Source: Piedraia hortae CBS 480.64
Lineage: Eukaryota
NCBI GenBank assembly: GCA_010093745.1
Contig: MU006015.1
Coordinates: 12,184 to 76,183, forward strand
Direction: 5' to 3'
DNA length: 64,000 nucleotides
The translations under genes and the position numbers were made by a program. This document shows positions 57,270 to 64,000 of the stretch, piece by piece. The stretch's first letter is position 1. Every line of letters begins with the position of its first letter. Below the pieces are notes generated by a model. The model saw only the letters and a list, made by a program, of their open reading frames with translations. It did not search any database and had not been told where the DNA came from.

Positions 57270-58229
57270 CTATGTCTTGGCCGATAGACCGCGCAAACTA
57301 AGATCGTAAACGACATCTTCTACCTCTTTGACGCGGTATTTAAGCCCATCCGACCGCTTTCTTAGCACATCGTTCTTCAGGTTAAGAATCTGAAAGCCAG
57401 AGTGCACATCCTTGATGAACTGCGCAATTTGTTGGGGTAGATTGAAATCTCCCAGTGTCACGCTATTGCGAGCCAGTCGAGCCTTTGATTTTGTGTCAAT
57501 CATCGCTCTTACACCCACTGCAAACAAGTAGCTTACCAACTCGTCCAGTAGGCTTAGGAGTGCCAGTAGGTACTCTTCGATAGTCAAGTGGAACGCGTCT
57601 TTATCCTTGAGATTCACGGGCACTTTCATTATGGCCCCGACCTCATCAATGGTAAGGAGTTTTCCTACCTTGTCCTGTCCGAAACCCCCCAGCCAGCCGC
57701 AGAAAAGTATCGATAAGCACTGCAGTGTCAGCCATATTCCCTTGGATGGAGAGGAGAGGGGTGGGGGTAACGCTTACGGCGTCTTGCACCGGTCTCGTCC
57801 AAGCATGACTAAATTTGTAGTACGGATATCTGGAAGCGATCTTGGATAAATCCTGGAGTGTAGCAATCTCATTGCCAATCTCTGATTCAGCTTGCTCGAC
57901 AATCATGCGACCTACGTATATGAGCATACATTCATGGAGAAATTGGCGCACTTGCGTTGGTGGGAAGGCGTTGAATGCACTCGAGACAGGATTGCCTGCG
58001 TCGCACGGTCTGCACACTCCGTTAGCAGACGCGATAAGCCAATGTGGCGCTGCAGCTTTACCATTTTTTTCTAAAGCTTGTGCCACATCGTGTAGTATCT
58101 ATTCATCGTCAACCCGAAAAATAAGGTAGAGAGAAAAATAATCCCCACATCTTTAACTGCTGTGTCCTCATCAATTTTCTTTTGCAAGCTCTCAAAGATT
58201 TCCGAACCGAACAGTACGTTTCCTGCCAT
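57270..58229 (-). CDS. TSN: Translin (C3PO subunit)
   Basis: IFESLQKKIDEDTAVK, YPYYKF...W, FHLTIEEYLLAL and LNLKNDVLRKRSDGLKYRVKEVEDVVYDLSLRGL; several introns. Confidence 0.92.
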
Positions 58230-58461
58230 TGAAATGATAACCGACACTTTGTCTTGACAGAAGTTTGTTGTAGTGGGGCGACCCACTCGGAATCTGCCGG
58301 GCCTGTCAACCCCGCAGCCGTTGAACGCGCCACATACACACGATTTGGTCGCTCATGCAGCGCCTGGAGGTGGATTGAGGGAAGCCATGTAGCAAATTTT
58401 AAGCGTTGCATGCTGCAGATGCGTACGCCCTCGTCTGGCTGTCTATGTTTGCAACATTGAA

Positions 58462-58579
58462 ACGCGTCTCGAGTTCTGTCATGTACGCGTGCAGGGATTG
58501 GAACAAGCGTGGATGATCCCGACAGAATGGGAATGCGGAGAATATTGAGCCGCACAGACCAGCAACGCGCTTGACGCGT
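58462..58579. promoter_or_regulatory. Three MCB elements (ACGCGT) in the translin/homeobox divergent promoter
   Basis: ACGCGT at 58462, 58485 and 58574. Confidence 0.6.
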
Positions 58580-58666
58580 CCACACTGCCGGGCACAAAAC
58601 ACGACCGACCCGCGCTTATAGGTTTTGGTTGTTATCATCTTTACAAACCTTTTTCTCTTATTGAAC

Positions 58667-60269
58667 ATGGACAAATCTGTGGTTTCTGCGACGGCCAACG
58701 AACCAAACCAGTATAATGAACAAGCTTCCACCAGATTTCCATCGTCATCGTCAACCGAATTGTGCATTAAATGTCATGGTAGACCTACCCGTCAAAAGAG
58801 AAAGAGGACCAGGTCAGTCAATGTCTTGACGTTCCTTTCTCTTTCGACTAACATGCTTTGCAGCCCAGAAGACCAAGTCATCCTCGAGGCAGCGTATCAA
58901 CGCGATTCTAGGCCAGACAAAATCGCGCGTTTGGCCCTAAGCCAACATGTGTCGTTGGGCGAGAAAGAAGTTCAGGTCAGTCCAACGAGGTAGACGCTCT
59001 TTCCACTTTTGGGCTAACTTGTAGTCTTAGATTTGGTTTCAGAACCGTCGCCAAAGCTCCAGACGGAAGGCTAGGCCCCTCTCGCCGTGCGAAGTTGCCC
59101 AGTATCCAATGAGGCATTATGCATATAAGCAGAGTTATCCGCAACCCAACTCGTTGTCTGTTGAACCCATCGGCCATGAGATTCGCCAACCCAAGCATCA
59201 TCAATATCAATCATTGTTATCAGCTTCCGGCGGACAAGCGATAGCGAACCTGGACAATAGTCCAGCTGTGCATGGAAAGCCTCCAGGGAGTTCATTGTCG
59301 GCCGGCCCATCTCTCACGTGGGAGGCCCTCGCACTTGCCTCATCAACTTCCAGTACCCCTTCGTGCTTCTCGTCAAGAAGTAAAGGCTCTGTCCCAATAA
59401 GCGACATTGTAAACTCACCCTCCATGCCCATCAGCTCTGACGCTCAACGCCGTCGATTGAAAAGGCCAACGTCATTCGTTCGCCTCGCAATGTCATCTGA
59501 TGGTAACGCTTCCGTGGTTGCTGGACACGGACGATCGTCACAACCGTTCGGAACTCCTCAAGCAGGGATTTTTGCGGCAGAAAGCACAGATAATGGGAGA
59601 CGACGCAGCAATGACCCTCGACCTGACTATAATTGCCTTGACCGCATGAGGTCGAGAGACTCGCGTGCTTGGGAATTTTGGTGCGACAAGAGCAGTCGTG
59701 TAGAGATGGAAGAGCGAGTGCTGCGAGACCCGACTGGATCTGCGGCCAATGCTATCAGTTTAGTGCGATCGAGGTCTGGCAGGAGCATATTAGGCGCGTT
59801 ACCGGCCCAGCGCAACTTAATTCCCCTTGGACAGCTCCCTACCGGAAATCGGCAAAACGATAAGGGGAACAAGGAAAGTAGGTGTACAGCGGCGTCTCCA
59901 AAAGTCCAACGAGGCTCAAACTCTGCAGGTACCTGGATAAAGAGCACTGCAAAGTCGAATACAGAAGACAATATTACAGTCTACATATCCGGCAACGAAT
60001 CGGACAAGGAGAACTGGCTTCCCAGCACTGGTAAGCGCAACAGTGCCTGTTTCACCAAGAATTCAGCCATCCCTACAAAGGATCTCGTCACCGAAACAGC
60101 CCTGGCCTACCCAAGTCGTCCGCTCGGTTCCCCTAAACTCGTTGAGTCAGGTCCAAATGCAGCACTGCCTGTTCCAGCGCGGCAAGGGGATCTAGGGAAC
60201 GAATCATCAGCTGACGATCTGACCTGTGCCCAACGTCTCTTGTCTCTTAGTTATGGGGATTGGATGTGA
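58667..60269 (+). CDS. Homeodomain transcription factor, Yox1-like
   Basis: RQKRKRTSPEDQVILEAAY...LGEKEVQIWFQNRRQ after removing introns 58813-58863 and 58976-59030; WEFWCD, SDKEN and terminal CAQRLLSLSYGDW. Confidence 0.88.
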
Positions 60270-60430
60270 GAGCTGCAGACGTTGAGACTGTTTGTTTGCG
60301 CCAGTGACTCAATGGCATGCCTGCATTGTAACATATGAAGATTAAACTGGTACCTGCTCATATTCACTTGCCCTGCCACAGCTGATTGGGGTTCAGCTGC
60401 CCCACAATTGGGGCAACCCCAAACTCTTCC

Positions 60431-62036
60431 ATGTCAAGCCAGCATTCTGATGCGAGCATGTTCCGAGCAGCTGCTCTTGACTCGAAACGCGTGAGTATTG
60501 GTATCGTAGGTGCTGGGTTTGCCGGCCTTAGATGCGCCGATGTGCTGCTCAGCCATGGTTGCGACGTAACGATATTCGAAGCAAGAGACAGGCTTGGGGG
60601 TAGGGTAGCCCAGTCAGACCGTCTTGGCCACAAGGTGGACCTGTAAGCAGTCTTGTGGTGTGTTGGAGATATGAGCTCACTGATCTGCCAGAGGCCCGAA
60701 CTGGATTCACGGAACTTCGTCCAATCCCATTTTCGAAATCGCAAAGGAAACAGGGACATATCTACAGCATTGGAGCGATGAGGTCATGCTCTTTGACTCA
60801 GACGGCAAACCTATATCCAAGGTCGAGTCCGCTGAATTGATGCATCTTCTATGGGACGATGACGGGCTCATCGCCGATGCTTATCGATACAGTCGAGAAC
60901 ATTCAGATTCAATCGACCCAGACAAGAGCTTGTTCGACTTTTTCGTGGAAAGGTCTCAGTCCAAATACCAGCATCTGCCCGAAGAAGTGGCGAGACAGAA
61001 GCGCGAAACCCTTTTAAAAGTGGCCAGGACTTGGGGAGCATATGTTGGGAGTCCTGTTACTCGGCAAAGTCTCAAGTATTTTTGGATGGAAGAATGTCTG
61101 GAGGGAGAGACACCATTTGTGGCGGAGACATTCCATAAGATATTGGATGCCGTGGCGAAGCCAGCCGCAAGAGCAAACATCCTTTTGGAAACCGTTGTAT
61201 CCAAATTCCGCGCTCATGTCTCAAATAGGCCATCCCTCATGACTACTGATGGGTCCGAATACGAGTTTGATCATGTTGTAATAACAACTCCACTCGGTTG
61301 GCTTCACAGAAACATGCACGCATTCGAGCCACCCCTTCCCAACCACTTTGTTGAGGCTATTGGACATGTTGGGTATGGCACGTTGGACAAGGTCTATATA
61401 ACGTGGCCCGAAGCATACTGGAACGTTTCATCAGTGCAAGGCTCGCATAGCCCCGGCGCGGCCAAAACTGAGGAAGTAAGAGTCGAGTCGGATCGACATT
61501 GGCCGGGCAAGATGCACTGGCTTACGCCAATGTATGCAATGGAAACAAACCATCTTCAGTGGAATCAGGAAGGGTTTAGTCTTGCTGCATTGAAGCCCAC
61601 GCAATATGCTCATCCCACGATACTCTTTTACATCTACGGCGAGTGCAGCAGGTACATTGGCGCCCTCGTTGCTAATACCAACTCTGATTCGGAGCGTGAC
61701 TCCAAGCTAATCGAGTTTTTTCGCCCATATTTTTCCCGGTTACCCAACTACACTGCATCAAACCTATCATGTATTCCCTCATCTGTCTTGGCAACGGCAT
61801 GGGCGGCTGATGAGTTTGCTGGATATGGAAGTTATTGTAATGTCAACGTAGGCCTGAGGTCGGGTAAACAAGTCTTTGAGACTGTAAGACATGGCGTGCC
61901 CGAACGACATCTGTGGTTTGCCGGCGAGCACACGGCTCCTTATGCTTCGCTAGGTACTTCGACTGGTGCATACGTATCCGGCGAAAGTGTGGCAAGGAGG
62001 ATCCTTGATGCCAATGGAATGGCCGCGGTTCCATAA
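60431..62036 (+). CDS. Flavin-containing amine/polyamine oxidase (Fms1-like)
   Basis: IVGAGFAGL, EARDRLGGR, DLGPNWIHG, TTPLGWL and FAGEHT...GAYVSG; intron 60643-60691. Confidence 0.9.
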
Positions 62037-62943
62037 AATGCACCATCAAAACAGGGCTTTCTTCAAGTATTATGCGCATGGTAACCATTTGTTTTTGGAC
62101 CCTGATATGCTAAATGTTCGTCGCCAAGAAATGGACTAGTAACTCCCTCTTATTAGCTACACTAGAACAGATGAATTTTCAGGAACCACCCAAGATTTTG
62201 GGGATTGCAAGTTGCTCTCGTATGTACGTGCTGTTTGCATAAACATGTCTATCACAAGCATGGTAGTAATACTGATCCCATAGGATACGCTGACCCGCCA
62301 AAGTAAAGGCTTGAAACATATCACTTTGTCACTGACCATTGCTCAAAAGATGACGAGTGCCAACGTTTTGTTTGATGTCCCTGCCTCTGTGACCCGCGGA
62401 ACAGGAGGAACAGATAGAGACATGGAACTCAAATGTTTTGTGGATATTTCGAATTGGTTCCAAAAGCTCCCAGGTGGTGTGTTCCTGCCAAGGTGGTCAC
62501 CCTCGCAAAATCTCAAAGTTTATGCAAATCAAGTACCAGTAGCATAGTCAACACATCTAGTTCCTGAAGAAGATTTGTGTGCTGCTGGGCAGTCAGCGCG
62601 CCAGGAGACCCAAGCAGATTGCACCACAAACCAAACCAGATGGATACCGAGCAATCTATCGGGGTTATTGGCCATAAAGCGCACGTTTCGAAACGATTCG
62701 TCTGATGAGAGCAGCGAACCACTAGGCCATTCACATATGGCCCTTAAACCACGATAAATTCGAGGGGCTTTCCTCATGTTATCATCACATTTGCGTATAC
62801 CGCCCATACTGGGGGCACAATTCTCAAGGGGATCGAAAGGTAGTATCATTTCAAGTGTGTCATATCGATCGAGCACAGACTGTTAAAACATGCAATTGAT
62901 CTGCTACAATCCCAGATAGCAGGTCCCCAACCAGGCTAGCTGA

Positions 62944-64000
62944 TCACGTCGGCTTCTCATCCAAAGCACCATCTAGGACGCCAAGTCCAGTATTGGAGCG
63001 CCCTCGCCTACACCGATAGTCACTGAACCACTCACTTATCTGGAAGCACCAACCCCCTGCAACCAGTACACCGGATACAACGTTCACCAGACGGATGAAT
63101 AGCGCTGGTATAGAAATCCACTCCTCGGCGATGGTAAGCATGATCGGCTCCAGGTCAAATTTGACAAAAATCCCTGGAACAGCACCATTGGGTACGGGAA
63201 AGCTTTGTTCAGTAACTGCATATTGATTCGTGAAAACCGTCTTGCGCGAATAGCGATGGGGGTGCTTATCTAAGCCGTCCGATCCAGAAGAGGGAGACTC
63301 AAGATTGGAAGCTGATAGACGGGAAAGGGCTTTGGCGTCAGTGGTGTACACTGTGGGTACGATGGACAAGTAGTATTGGAATTTGTAATAGTTGTCGGAG
63401 GTTGTAGCCAAGATGCCATCGAGAGGATTGGAAAGAGAAGGGTAGAAAGGACCGAATGAGAGCTCGTTGACATGATGGGAAAAGTTGAAAGCTTGCAAAG
63501 GGACCAAAGTCAGTACTGAGGGCAAAACGGACTCATCAACCTACCGTTATGCTCGAGGTGTTGGGCAAGTTCGGAATACCCATGTCCCCTTGCGGTGATG
63601 TGGAAATCCCCTTGCACTTTGTTGAGGTGCATGCTCCCATAGATGCGGCAGCTGTTAGGCTCCTGGTGCCTAGAGAGTTTGGGAGTTTTTGCAAACTTTT
63701 TGCCGCCTTGCCGGGCAGCACTGAGGTAGTCATGCACATCCTCTTCCCGATACTCAAGCCCCCCGTACTCCTCCAGCCCGGGAATTTTGCTCCAATCCAT
63801 CAGGTACCCGGCTTCTCGCATGGCCCGCTCCTTCTTCGAGCTTCCAAGCCTACGATAGCGCCTATCCAGATTCCAGTGTTCCCACCGAGTAGCATCGCTC
63901 TTCAGCGCCTGCCCCGCCTTGATGTGGTCGCCGCTCGCGTCCAGCACATTGACGCGTAGGTCGTCACACTTCATGGCTACAACAATGTCAAGATTAATTT
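62944..64000 (-). CDS. ERV41: ER-Golgi vesicle protein Erv41; 5' part lies outside the window
   Basis: MKCDDLRVNVLDASGD, CRIYGS..LNKVQGDFHITARGHGY, FNFSHHVNELSFG, TNQYAVT, PGIFVKFDLEP and a C-terminal TM segment. Confidence 0.9.

Noticed and set aside
20341..58229. A dedicated meiosis/genome-defence cluster (DSN1, RID, MEIOB-like, translin)
   Set aside because: The genes are spread over about 38 kb among unrelated housekeeping genes, which is compatible with chance at this density.
62157..62876. Short ORFs between the amine oxidase and ERV41
   Set aside because: No identifiable motifs; likely UTR or decayed sequence.

Overview
Eukaryotic DNA from a filamentous ascomycete (Pezizomycotina, Dothideomycete/Capnodiales-like by protein style; species not determinable). 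The window is very gene-dense: about 34 protein-coding genes in 64 kb, short GT-AG introns (mostly 40-60 nt, CTRAY branch sites) and tiny intergenic gaps. Most genes are housekeeping: Nup188, SDH6, SUN glucanase, QCR8, PHB1, DSN1, ADE4, RPL5, MAF1, GCLM, fRMsr, RRP46, MHP1, TIM9, a SAC7-type RhoGAP, translin, a YOX1-like homeobox, a FMS1-like amine oxidase and ERV41. Two heterotrimeric G-alpha genes (groups I and II) are also present. The best leads are (1) an intron-split 41-aa Gly/Arg-rich microprotein gene with a perfect CRE site upstream; (2) a nested multi-stem structured element that may fill a 241-nt leader intron of a LIM gene; (3) a RID/Masc1 methyltransferase with an altered SAM-binding motif and a MEIOB-like OB-fold gene; (4) RPL5 tail-to-tail with a diverged MAF1; (5) a strongly cationic HsbA-type secreted protein below a GATA-site cluster; (6) an apparently truncated Nup188, overlapping convergent CDSs and many non-YAG splice acceptors. 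No rRNA, tRNA, CRISPR array or intact transposon was recognised. All identifications come from recalled motifs and manual exon stitching, not from database searches.
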